This document shows positions 1 through 12,499 of a stretch of 64,000 nt of DNA, piece by piece. Location of the stretch: NCBI GenBank assembly GCA_964016885.1, contig OZ024746.1:5022001-5086000 (forward strand), written 5' to 3'. The notes beneath the pieces were generated by a model. The model saw only the letters and a list, made by a program, of their open reading frames with translations. It was not told the origin of the DNA and did not search any database. Positions within the stretch are counted from its first letter, which is position 1. Every line of letters begins with the position of its first letter. The position numbers and the translations under genes were made by a program. Source of the DNA: Eledone cirrhosa (Eukaryota).

Positions 1-59
1 CCCCTACTCCATCCTCCCACTCCCGGCAACACCACCCTTTCTCTGTAAAGTTATGTTGG

Positions 60-345
60 TACTACAACATCCAGTCCAAACTAATGAGATCGTGTAGGTG
101 TCACAACAAACAAAAAACACACAGTCCACGCTGTAATGTGGCCGTGTAGGTAACACGGTAAAAAGTTGCCAGTCCACACTGTAAATGTGGTTGGTGATAG
201 GAAGTGCATCCAGCCGTAGAAAACCTGCCAGATAGTCCTATATGAGCGAGACACGGTCACCCAACCAATCTTGCTTCAAGTGGGACAACTCTCGTCTAAC
301 CCATGCTAGCGTGGAAGATAGAAGTTAAACGATGATGATGATGAT
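60..345 (+). mobile_element. SINE with RTE-type 3' tail and (GAT)n end
   Basis: ccagtccacactgtaa..tggttgg..aggaag.gcatccagcc...aacccatgctagcgtggaa...gatgatgat; recurs at ~6940-7260, 8385-8550(-), 9260-9900, 15100-15215(-). Confidence 0.7.
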
Positions 346-432
346 ACATATATATATATATATATCTGAAATCACGACTGACCAAAGGTATTTTCCCAAA
401 CTTTATATCTGTATAAAAATCTGAATACTCAC

Positions 433-533
433 ACTATATTCATCAATCAAAACACGCAAGTAGTCTGTCAAATGGAGAGAATACTTTGCCCGAGTTATGG
501 CCACATAAAATAAATTCCTCTCATCTTGAGTGT
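433..533 (-). CDS. FBH1: FBH1 coding exon 17 (helicase motif VI)
   Basis: tttttag|..[33 protein letters not shown]|gtgagt; 101 nt, phase-compatible. Confidence 0.9.
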
Positions 534-3500
534 CTAAAAATAATAAAAATACAGAATTATACTGAAATATTTCTATTTAAAGATGAGTTATCAATTTACA
601 ATCATCACCATTAACAACAACATTTATGGGAAGTGTAGGTGGCTGAATAGCTAGGATGTAGGTTTGATTAGTGGAAAAGACACATAACTGCCCACCTCGC
701 AGTAATTTGGGGTCGATAAAATAAAGTCTCTTTCAAACCAGAAGGCTTGAGAGAGACTTTGGCAAGGATAATTTATGAAAAACCTCCCCCACATTATGAA
801 AATATAAGTAATAAAAAAAAGAAGAAAATGAAATTCCATACATCTAACACCTGTGGGTATGCTTACAAAGTCAGAAAACAGTACAGCTCCCGTGACTTTC
901 AGAAACATTTTTTCACGCTCATAATTGCTGAAGCATGGAACAAACTACCTGCATCAGTTGTTAACTCTCGGGTTAGGGTGCATCCTTCAAAACCTCCATG
1001 CTTCTTGAAATTTGCCAACACTACACCTGATATTCCACCTCCATACACACACACACACATGCATGTATCTGTATGTATATCATGACTCATACAGTTCACT
1101 TTCCTGACATTTGTAAATTAATCTATGTACTATACATGCACCTTTGATAAGTTGTAGTGCACCTGAGCACTGTACAATAATTTTCATTATATTAAGATTC
1201 ATTGATGATTGATATAATTGTGACTAATATATCAAATATTTGTCATGGGAATTAAAGAAGGATGGTAATAGTTTAGCAGTTGTAATTATACAAACCTAGG
1301 TTGAAGTCATTAAGGACCTTCACTGTATCAAATTCAAGACCTTTAGATTTGTGGGCAGTGGTAAAGACCATTTCTAAAATAAGAGAGAACTTAATAAATA
1401 CAAAAATAAAGAACAACAAAAAATCAATGTTATAATTATCATTAAAACATTATCATCTTCATTATATTTGAACATCAACCCCGACCTCCCCATTAAGCTA
1501 GCAGAAGTGTATGGGTCTACTAAAGTCTTTTATCAGCCCAGAGGCTCACCAGGCTGATGCTTTCCCCAGTTTCTATGGTGTTAAGTGACTGAGAGTACAA
1601 GACTTCCCCCCTGAGCAGGACACCCTTTAAAATGGGTGGTTTTCAGAGAACCAGGTTAACGAATAATTAATTATTTCATTACTAAGATAGCAAGTTAACA
1701 TATGGATCTTATAAAAAATTATGTTCGAAGATTTTAAATAGGAACTCTTTAAGATGGGTAGCTTTGTTTCATAGAATAAGAGCTGGTATTAGATCTTATT
1801 CTATGATATATAATATCAAACAGGTTAACTTACCAGCATCTCGAATTTCTTTTATTTCGGATTCTTGGAAGAAGTCTAGGATTTTGGGCAGGTGAATGGC
1901 ATATGTCTGTGCAATTTGAATCTGTCCCAACAGTTCATAGTCACAAGAGTGTTCAGCATAACGTTTCAAAGCATGGAAACTAGAGAAGCGTGTGATAAAA
2001 CTGGGTTTTTGTTGAGAAGCTGGAAAATAAAGAGAAATAACAAAAGTCCTCAATAGTTTGAATGGAATTAGTGGCACACTGATTAAAGTACGTCTTTGAT
2101 AACAAACCTTCTCGAGTGAAATCTCTACACATTCCCAACTCACTTGATTCTCCCCTCCTTGCTACACACTAACCCCTATGCCTAGTCCTCTAGAATTCCT
2201 TCCTTACCCATGTTTTTCAGTGCTTTTTGTACAGCAATTGAACTTACCAAACTGTATTCAGAAAATAATTTGTTGGGTAAAACACTTTATTTTACATAAC
2301 TTAGTTCCACAAGAAGTTGTAATAAAGATCTTCAAGGAATAATACTTTTGGTAGACTTCATGCTATCATAGCAACAAGTTCTGAAAGGCCTCTGGTGGTT
2401 TAACAATTTCTAATAAAATACTCTACATGTTTCAATTAAATTTTTAAATAGTTAAGCTGTTTATTAATTAAAATTGTATTTAGTAATATAATTAACTTAA
2501 TGTGGAGACTGGAACATAATTTAACAAAATGATCTTACTTAAAATTATAACAAAATAAAATTTAAATATGAACACATCAAAGTAGGTTTTTGTGTATATT
2601 GTAAAGAAAGATCTCTGGCAGGTTGGTATTAAAATATATTTACTTATTTATTATTGATACAGATATAATAGTTCATAATACCTTTAATTGGGCCTTCACC
2701 AACTAACAAAGAATGGATATCACGTAGCACAGCAAACCCAAAGCCAGTAGTTCCCTTGATATTTGAAGAAAATGATAAGAAATATGAAAACATCAAACAT
2801 GAAATATAAATTTTTTATTTCCTTCCTTCCAAAGTATTACTAGGAAATGAGGTAGTCAACTTGACAGGGTTATTACAGCATTGGAAATTTGTTCCAGGTC
2901 ACAACCCTGCCATGGTCTACTTGGCCTTTCATCCTTTTGGGGTGAATAACAAAAGTACCAGCCCAATCTTCTTGTTGTATGACATAAGCACAATAGTTAG
3001 AGAGACAGGTTGAGACTGGCAAGCCAGACCAAGGTGTCATTTGCAGTATTATGGACTGCCTCCAGGCCACTGGGAAAACCTCTGAGGGGTCAATCCCAAA
3101 TAACATGCAGTACTGTCTGGTTAGGGTACCCAGTCACATGCTGGACTGTCTTTCATTTTCCATCAATGGGAATGATGGGCTGTCCTAGCATGTGTTGTGA
3201 GGATCTGATGAAAGAACATCCATTGCTTTGGGAAGGTAAAAGTCTGCTTGTTTAGATATGGGGTTGATATATGCACACCAGCCAAGTGCTGATACAGTAT
3301 TCTTGTCTTCCAACACGGTGTCTGTGTCTGCTTGTGGTAGCATGGGTACCTAAAATCCTTAGTGAAAAGCATGGTAATACTACCAAGTCATACTCAATAT
3401 TGAGTTGTGGCTATAATTACTGGAAAATGGAATTGTAATAAAAGTTTGTCTGAAGCTTGGAGGCTCATTGGGCCGGTGCTTATCCCAGTTTCCGTGGAAG

Positions 3501-6500
3501 CAACTGAGAGTCCTCCCTGGCCATGACACCAGTCCATTGCTGGGTCAAACCCCTAGCTACTGCTAGTACTCATTTTCAGCTGTTTAAGTAGTATATATAT
3601 TTTAAGTAGAATATATAAGATTTTTTACCCCAACAAAGACCATTTTTATTCGAGGTTTCTTGTTGAAGCCAAGCTGCACTGCTTCAGAAAATAGAGTAAA
3701 GTTACATCGAGCTATGTAAGCTACTTGCCCAACAATTTCTCCATTGACAGTAGCTGGCAAAATAAACAGAAAAATAGAAATACAAGATAAATAGGTAAGA
3801 ATATTGTAGCAAGTTATTAATAGTGGTGTAAGGTATTAAATAAAATATAATAGATGATATTTTCTTGTGTAACCATCTAGTTAAGAGGTAGAAATAATAT
3901 AAACAATTGGTGGGGGAATGGAAAAAGTCTGAAAAATTAATAATGGGGGAAGGGGCGATTAATTGAGACCCGATAATACATATACCACTTCAGATTTTAT
4001 ACAAACATTTCACCAACTAGTTACTATCATTTGCTTTTGTGTGTTTGTTTTTAGGTATGTTAGTGAGAGATGGAGGGGCAATGCTCATTATCTTTGAAGG
4101 TTCATCTAGATTGTTGTGATTGATGCTTAGCCTGAAAATATGCAGCTCATTGTTTACAGTGCTCAGGTGCACTGCAACTCATCAAAGGTGCATGTATAGT
4201 ACATAGAATAATGTACAAATGTCAGGAAAATGAACAGTGTACGAGTCACGAAATACATGTGTGCATGTGTATGGAGGGGGGGGACATCAGGTGTAGTGTT
4301 GGCAAATCTCAGGCAGCATGGAGGTTTTAAAGGATGCAGTGCCTCGACAGCTAACAACTGATGCAGGTAGTTTGTTCCATGCTTCTGCAACTCTGAGTGT
4401 AAAAAAATGTTTCCGAAAGTCATGGCTCTGCTAGCAAGGGTTGGACAGGTTGTCACAAAGACAATACTTAATCAGAGCCACTGATCTTTCAGATGGGCCG
4501 GAACCTCATCTTGCTTAAATATGTTCCAGCAGTAGGGAGACCATTATGTCTCTCACACAACTCAAAAATCCTCTTGACTCTTTGTTTGGCAAGTTTTCTA
4601 TGGCTGGATGCCCTTCCAATTTCCAGAGTGTATCGAGTGTGTTTTATTGTGTCACAAAACACTAGCGCAGTTGTTGTGTCTATTCTAACATAGATGTGAA
4701 TGTAAAATGATGATGATGATTTGTACAAAATTAAGATAGCTAATTAAAATATAATTCAATCAGTAATCTGGGTCTAGTCAATGAGTTTCTACATTCTATG
4801 AATTTGCTGCCCAGAAATGATTGGGAAGATACAAACAAGACAGAAGATTACTTACCATTATTTGTTCCACCAACAAGAATCTCTTTGGAACGACAAGATC
4901 TCTGTAGAAAACAGTTGGCAGCAAATGCAATCTCTGGTCCAAACCTGAAAGACTGAAAATGCGGAAGAAAAAGATCATGAATGAGTTGAGACAAAAACTG
5001 GGTATAAGAGGAATCAAATGTAGTGTGCAAGAGAGAAGACTGCTCTGGTATGGACATGTGATGCATACAGATGATGATTGACAGGTGAAAAAGTGGCAGG
5101 AGTTTCCAATGGAAGAGAACTGCAGTAGAGGAAGGCCAAGGAAGGCTTGGGCAGATGTGGTGAAAGCTGATCTCAAAATACTGAACTTGGCAGAGATGAT
5201 GAAGGAACACAGTAGATGGAGGGAAGCTGTGCTGGAAAAGACCTGTTCAATCCATGCAAGCAGGGAAAAGTAGACATAAAAGGAAGATGATGATGATGGA
5301 CAAAAACATTATATTTTTTAAATCAATCATTAGGTCTCAATAATTGTACTAATTGATGAATATCATGTTCTTTGACATAATTGTGATCATATTACCACCA
5401 CCACCACTAGCACCTCCATCATCATCATTTTACATCTGCTTTTCAATGCTGGCATTGGGTGGACAAGTGACTACGGATCAAGTCAGTACTTAATAGAGTT
5501 ACTGTTCTCTTTCTGATGCTGACCATTTACAGAATGTATTGGATGCATTTTATCATGGTACCAGCACAAGGGAGGTATGCCCCTCTTAAATTCCATTCAG
5601 GGCCTCCATGGTCGGTTGTCTTTTCTAATGCCAACCACTTCATGGCATGGTGTGAGAAGGGGAAGAATAATGGTTTCTGATTTAGGCGCAAGACAACAAT
5701 TTTTGAGGGAGTGAAAAGTTGATTAAATCGACTTCAGTGCATTACTGGTACTTTATTTTATCGACTCCTGTAAGAATGAAAGGCAAAGTTAACTTCAGTG
5801 GGATGATGATAACATTTTTTGGTGTTATTTTTACTGTTTATTTACACAACTTGAATTCAATAAAGATAACTTAGTTACTTACTTGAGTGAGATAGAATAT
5901 TCTGTTGGCTTCAATACTTTGCATGGCATTAACTGCACCACGAAATGCATAAATTTGTTGATTTGGGTCACCAACTAAGATTTTAGCATGGGGTTGAGAC
6001 AACACCACATCTGCAATGACTAACAAAATACAAGCATTACAAGAAATGTAAAATTTAAGAGATTCTTAGAGATTATGTGGTCATTTGACCTGTTAGAAAC
6101 AGCAGTCAAATTTCTCTTAGGTCACAGTGTACCATCTTAAGGAAGTAAGTATATATTGGATAACATAGACCTGGATACATTCTCTAAAACTGAGACAGGA
6201 TAGTTACAGCTGGAATAGTTTTCATTACAAGCTTACTCAGTCTTGGGGTCTCACCTATGGTTAAACAACAATAACAACAAACACACTTAGATTGGTAAAG
6301 AGCTGCACAAACCAAATCATCACTGCCACTGCCACCAGCACCCCCCCCCTCCATTACCACCACCATCATCACTACCACCACCACAATCACCATCACTACC
6401 ACCCCAATCACCAGCACCATCACCACCACTCCAATCACCAGGACCACCACCACCACCATCATCACTACCACCACAATCATCATCGTCAACAACAAGTAAA

Positions 6501-9500
6501 CAAATATAAAACAATACTAACCTGGTGTGAGATCTTGGGCTTCATCCACTAAGATGACATCATAGGACCCTAAGTTGGGTTTACTTAACTGGAATAGTTT
6601 CAAATATCCATCATGTGTCATTTTAACTGATACATCATCAATGTCTATCATCCGATTCCAATACTGTTCTGCATCTTTGAGGCATTCTTCAGGGTCAACA
6701 TTGCCCTTAAAAGTCTACAATAGATACCGAATGATATTTAGACATTTGGACTGGCAAATAGTGAAGTGTAAGGAAGCTGTGGAATACATTAACCCTTTTA
6801 ATACCAAACCAATGTCTGTGATACAAAGCTGTGTATTTTAACCCTACCCATCTCCTAACACACCACCCTTAGATCTACCTCCCCCAATCCTCATGGACCT
6901 CACACCAGCCAATCCTCATGCACCTCCCCCACCCAAGTTCCTAATCCACACTATAAAGTGTTGATTTTGGTGCCACGACAATGAGCGCCCAGTCCACTCT
7001 GTAAAGTGGTTGTATTGGTGTCATGACAAAAAGTGCCCAACCCACACTGCAAAGTGGTTGTGTAGGAATCACAACAAAAAGCACCCAGTCCACTCTGTAA
7101 AGTGGTTGGCATGAGGAAGGGCTGTGGAAACCAAGCCAAAATCAGTTCTGTATGAGCAAAATACGGTCATCTGACCTGGCTTGTCTCATAATAAGACAGC
7201 TCATCTAACCCATGCTAGTGTGGAAAATAGACATTAAACAGAGACGATGATGATGATGATACCATCATCATTTTTACATCGACTTTTCCATACTGGCATG
7301 GGTTGGACACGATTTTCTGGGGCAATAATGCCCTTCCTGACACCAACCCTTTTAGTCACTTATTCTAAAACACACATGGTCATATTTATCTAAAATCTTT
7401 CGATCATAATTTTATGTACGGACTATTTCAAAATAATCTTCTAAATACCAGTTTAATAATGAGAAAGTTAGTTATATTTAATTGATTATATTTAAAACTA
7501 GAGGCAGTGAGTTTCATTAGAAATATGGTAATGAAAGTGTTAAAAGATTAAAACCTTTTTATTGAAAGACCGTCAACAAACTCAGTTAGACTATTAATGA
7601 GGGACTCATCCATTCAAGGTTGATAAAAAAATACCAGTCAAATACTGGTGTAGATTCTTCCTCTATATATCTTTCTCCATTCTATTCTCCTGAAGAAATC
7701 TACTGTATTCAGACCAGGAGAGGACTGGGCTCCACCATTTTTTAAAATGCCATAGAAACGGTGTATTACCACCAAAATAACGCCATTTAAATACAGTGAC
7801 TGCCAGTGAACTTCCAATGCTTTTTTGAGCGTCTAAGGGAGATAATTCCTTTAAGAAAATTTCCTCTTAAGAGACTAAATGATGGATCCTCCGTCGCTTT
7901 GAACGATGAACATTCAGTTGTTCTATCAAATTCACGTATAAGCATGGCGGCGGCACCGATCCCCCATCACCATCATTTAACGTCCATTCTCCCTGCTAAA
8001 AAAACTGGATATTTGGATTAAAAGAGAGAGGGGGAGGAAGAGAGAGAAAGTGTGTGTGTGTGGGGGGTGGGGGGTGGGATCAACCGCAGTTCTGAACTGA
8101 TACTGCAGTGGATTTTATCTGATGCTCTATCAACTCTGACAATTTAAAAAAAACATACCCGAGGAGCTTCCGATTCCAGAGTCAGGTTCGATCATTAATA
8201 GATTGTTCCTCGAGCTGATTGACAGTGAAACATATGTAATATGTAATTAAATATGTATATGATACTACACTGATTCTTTGATCCCTTATATTTTAATACT
8301 ATTTTAATACTATTGCTCCCCAAGAGCATCGAGTGCTCATTCGGCATAGCGCTTATGGACACAACTAACTTGCACCCTAACAACTATCATCATCATCATC
8401 GTTTAACGTCTATCTTCCACGCTAGCATGGGTTTAGACAGGAATTGTCCCACTTGAGGCAAGATTGGTCGTCTCGCTCGTATAGGACTGTCTGGCAGGTT
8501 TTCTATGGCTAGATGCCCTTCCTAACACCAACCACGTTTTCAGTGTGGATATATAAATATATATAGGAAAAGAGTCAGGACCCCGACGGCTGAGCTCCAG
8601 CCGTTTTGACAGCTAGGTCATAGTCCACCTGGTTACTTACCACACTTCCTTCATTATATATATAATTGGTGTGGGATGCTTAAAGCGTCCATATGCGGTA
8701 GGCTGTTTGAGCATTCAAGGCTCTTACAGAGCAGAGTATAATATCACAGAAGAAACGGAGAATCAGTGGTGCGACATTTGGAAACTCTGCTTCGAAGAAT
8801 CGAGACGTATCTGAGGATCTTGCAATTTCAGAGTCAGGTTCGATCATTGCATCGATCGTGCTTCGAGCTGGTCGCCAGAGAAACGATTGTAAAATCTAAT
8901 AAATTTTAATTTGTCGCACCACTGATTCTCCGTTTCTTCTGTAATATATATAAAATAACTGTATTCAATATCCATTGAATGTGCTGCTGATGGGGTCTCA
9001 TGCAGGACATAAATCTACTAACCTCTGTGTATGTTGTTGTATTCATAAAGTCACTAATGTGTTGGTTGGTTATTCTTGGATCTTTTGAAGTCAAGAATTT
9101 TTCTAGTATAAATAGTACCATTCTTGCTCTTAGAGTATGACTTTGGTTATTGACACGATGGAGAACTGATTCTATATCTCTGACTTTAGGAGTTCCAGGG
9201 TGCAGTTTCTGGTTCATTGCATACCTGCAACATACATTTATTTAATTAACAACAAAATCACCCTGTCCACCCTCAAATGTGCTACTGCTGGAGTCACAAC
9301 AAAATACTCCCAGTTCACCCTGTAAAGTGGTAGACTAGAGTCATAACAAAAAATACCCAGTCCACCCTGTAAGATGGCAGTACTGGTGCCATGGCAAAAA
9401 GTACCTATTCCACCCTGTAAGGTGATAGTAATGGTACAACAAAAAGCACCTAGTAAGGTGGTAATGTTAGTGCCGTGACAAAAAGCACCCAGCCCACCCC

Positions 9501-12461
9501 GTAAAGTGGTAATGATAGTGCCATGATAAAAAGCACCCAGTCCATCCTGTAAGATGACAGTACGGGTGCTATGACAAAAAACATCCATTCTACCATATAA
9601 GGTGGTGGCACTGGTACTACAACAAAAAACACCCAGTCCATCCTGTAAAGTGGTAGTGTTGGAGTCATGACAAAAAACACTCCTACCATATAAGGTGGTG
9701 TACTGGTACTACAACAAAAAACACTTAGTCCATCCTGTGAAGTGGTAGTGCTGGTGCCATAAAAATGCTCTCAGGACATGTTACAAATTAGTTGGTTTTA
9801 GGAAGGGCATCCAGCTATATAAAACAGGCCCAAAAATGGAATGTATGAGCAAAATATGGTCACCTGACCCGTCTAACCTCAGATTGTGACAACACCATCT
9901 ATCATCATCATTTTACGCCTGCTTTTCCCTGCTTGCAAGGGTGGGACGGGTCCTATTCAGCACAGCATCTCTCCACTTGTCACGGTCCTTCGTCATCTCC
10001 GTGAGTTTCAGCGATCTGAGCTCTGCTCTTATCACCTCCGCGCATGTTTTTCGTGGTCTTCCTCTACTGCATCTTCGTTCCACTGGGATTTCTTGGCACT
10101 TTGTTACCCAGCAGTCATCCTCCATACGCATCACATGTCCATACCATCTCAGTCTTCTCTCCCACATATCACAACTTATCCCTCAACTCATCTATGCTTG
10201 GTCGTTCACGCACATCTAGTTCTAGTTCATATAAATAAAGCAACAACAACAACAAAAACAGATTACCTTACACCCTTCTTCTTGAAAGCTAGTCCATGCC
10301 CTGTCATACAGTGGACATTTGGAGGGAACACAGTTTTGGCATGTTCACATACTGACCTAGAGAAGACATGGAAAAATAGCAGAGATTCCTTACATATAAC
10401 CATCACTGCATGTCGTAAGAAGTGACAAAAAGGGTTAGTGTCAGGAAGAAACCTGGCAATAAAACAGTACCTCAAAATAGTTATGTGGGTCCTTGGTCCG
10501 TCTGGGAGGTCAGTAGCTGCAATGAAGTACAGACTTGGTCTGTAATGACCCACCCACTCTTGCTAGCACAGAAAGTGGATGTTAAATGATGTTTATATAT
10601 ATATATATATATATGACAGGGTATCAAATTCAGACTTACAAGACATTGGTAAATCTGAAGCTATAATAGAATACACTTGCCCATTAAATATTTTTCTTTG
10701 TCTATTGAGATACAGATATTTTTAAAGATAATAAAGACTTTAAATAAAATCCTTAGTATTTTTTTAACACATAAAAACGATTCTATTTTTTTTTAGTGTA
10801 GAAGTACAAATAGATATTATCTTTAATGGGTTAAATTTTATTAGATCAGACACACCATTAGACACCATTTATTAGATCAGAATAATTAGAAGTATTCTTA
10901 CTTGTTGTAGACAATCAGTAAAAACTTAATCCCTGGTCTCATTTGAGTGTAACGGACTAAAGTAGAACTCTTTCCAGTCCCTACAATAGAAATAACTACA
11001 ATTACTTTGAGTGAAATATAAAAAATTATTTTACATAGACAGAAACATTCAGATATATAAACATTATATTACAGTGACATACAGACTTAGATATATAAAC
11101 ATTATTTTACAGTGACACAGACTTAGATATATAAACATTATTTTACAGTGACACAGACTTAGATATATAAACATTATATTACAGTGACACACAGAGTTAG
11201 ATATATAAACATTATATTACAGTGACACAGACTTAGATATATAAACATTATTTTACAGTGACACAGACTTAGATATATAAACATTATTTTACAGTGACAC
11301 AGACTTAGATATATAAACATTATATTACAGTGACACAGACTTAGATATATAAACATTATATTACAGTGACATACAGAGTTAGATATATAAACATTATATT
11401 ACATAGAAATACAATTACCAGCAAATGCAATGATATTAACAATCTCTCCAGGCTGGACAGTGTGGTTGACAATCTGAAGCTGTTCATTGGTCAGACGAAG
11501 TTTATTTTTGCTGTCACTGAAATAGCAAGAAAATGGTTTCTTTTATAACTAGTTTAAACATTTAGTTGCCAGCCCAGCCAAAACCAGCTCTGGTTTTATG
11601 AAATAAAACAACTCATTTTAAAGGTTTCCAATTTATATTAAAATCTTCCAACATAATTTTATATAAGAACCTTACATTAAGTTCCTATCTTAGTAATGAA
11701 ATAATTAATTATTTTAGTAAATCCCTCAAAATTCTTCATTGATTAATTAAAATAGAGTGTACTTCATTAGAAATGTGGTCATGAAAGGGTTAACAAGCAA
11801 ACAAGTTTCAGATAGACCTTCAAATTCAGTCACTTTCAGAAAGCTCAGTAAAATATCAGAACAATAAAATATGAAACATATCTGCTAAATTCTGATGACT
11901 GTTAACCCTTTTGTTACCATATTTCTAGTGAAACACAATTTGTCAAACAATTTTGAAAATAATCAAGAATTTGAAAATATTAAGTTGGAGTTTGGAGCAT
12001 AACTTAAAGTTTCTTATAATAAAATTATGATGGAAGGTTTTTAGATGAAAATAAAACCTTTAAAATAAACAAATTTGTATCATAGAACCAGGGGTGGTTA
12101 CAGGTAGTTTGGCATCAAAACAGTTAAGGGTGGAGGGAGACATGAATGTATGGCTGAGAAGTTCACCCGACCACATGGTTCTGGGTTCATATAATGAGAG
12201 TTTACAACAGTAAGAGATATACCACTGAGAACATATATAACCAGCCTCTCTAACTAATCCTCCAGCTATATCTTTATTTCAAACATATGTTCTGCCATAT
12301 GTTTTACATGGGGGATATAGTTAGGACTGGTTACTGATATACATCTACATTATTTCTATTTATTTCACATTTTCTGCACTGTTTACTATGATTTTAAATG
12401 TTATGTCTATTAAACTAATGATATTTATAATAATAGGTTATAAAATTGGATGGCAGGATGC

Positions 12462-12499
<38 letters not shown>

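Noticed and set aside
6292-6552. Poly-His ORF
   Set aside because: It is an intronic (CAC/CAT)n tract antisense to FBH1 and has no domain content.
9260-11402. Regularly spaced repeats resembling CRISPR arrays (also 49008-49545)
   Set aside because: Units are tandem with no unique spacers, there are no cas genes, and the context is eukaryotic intronic or intergenic DNA.
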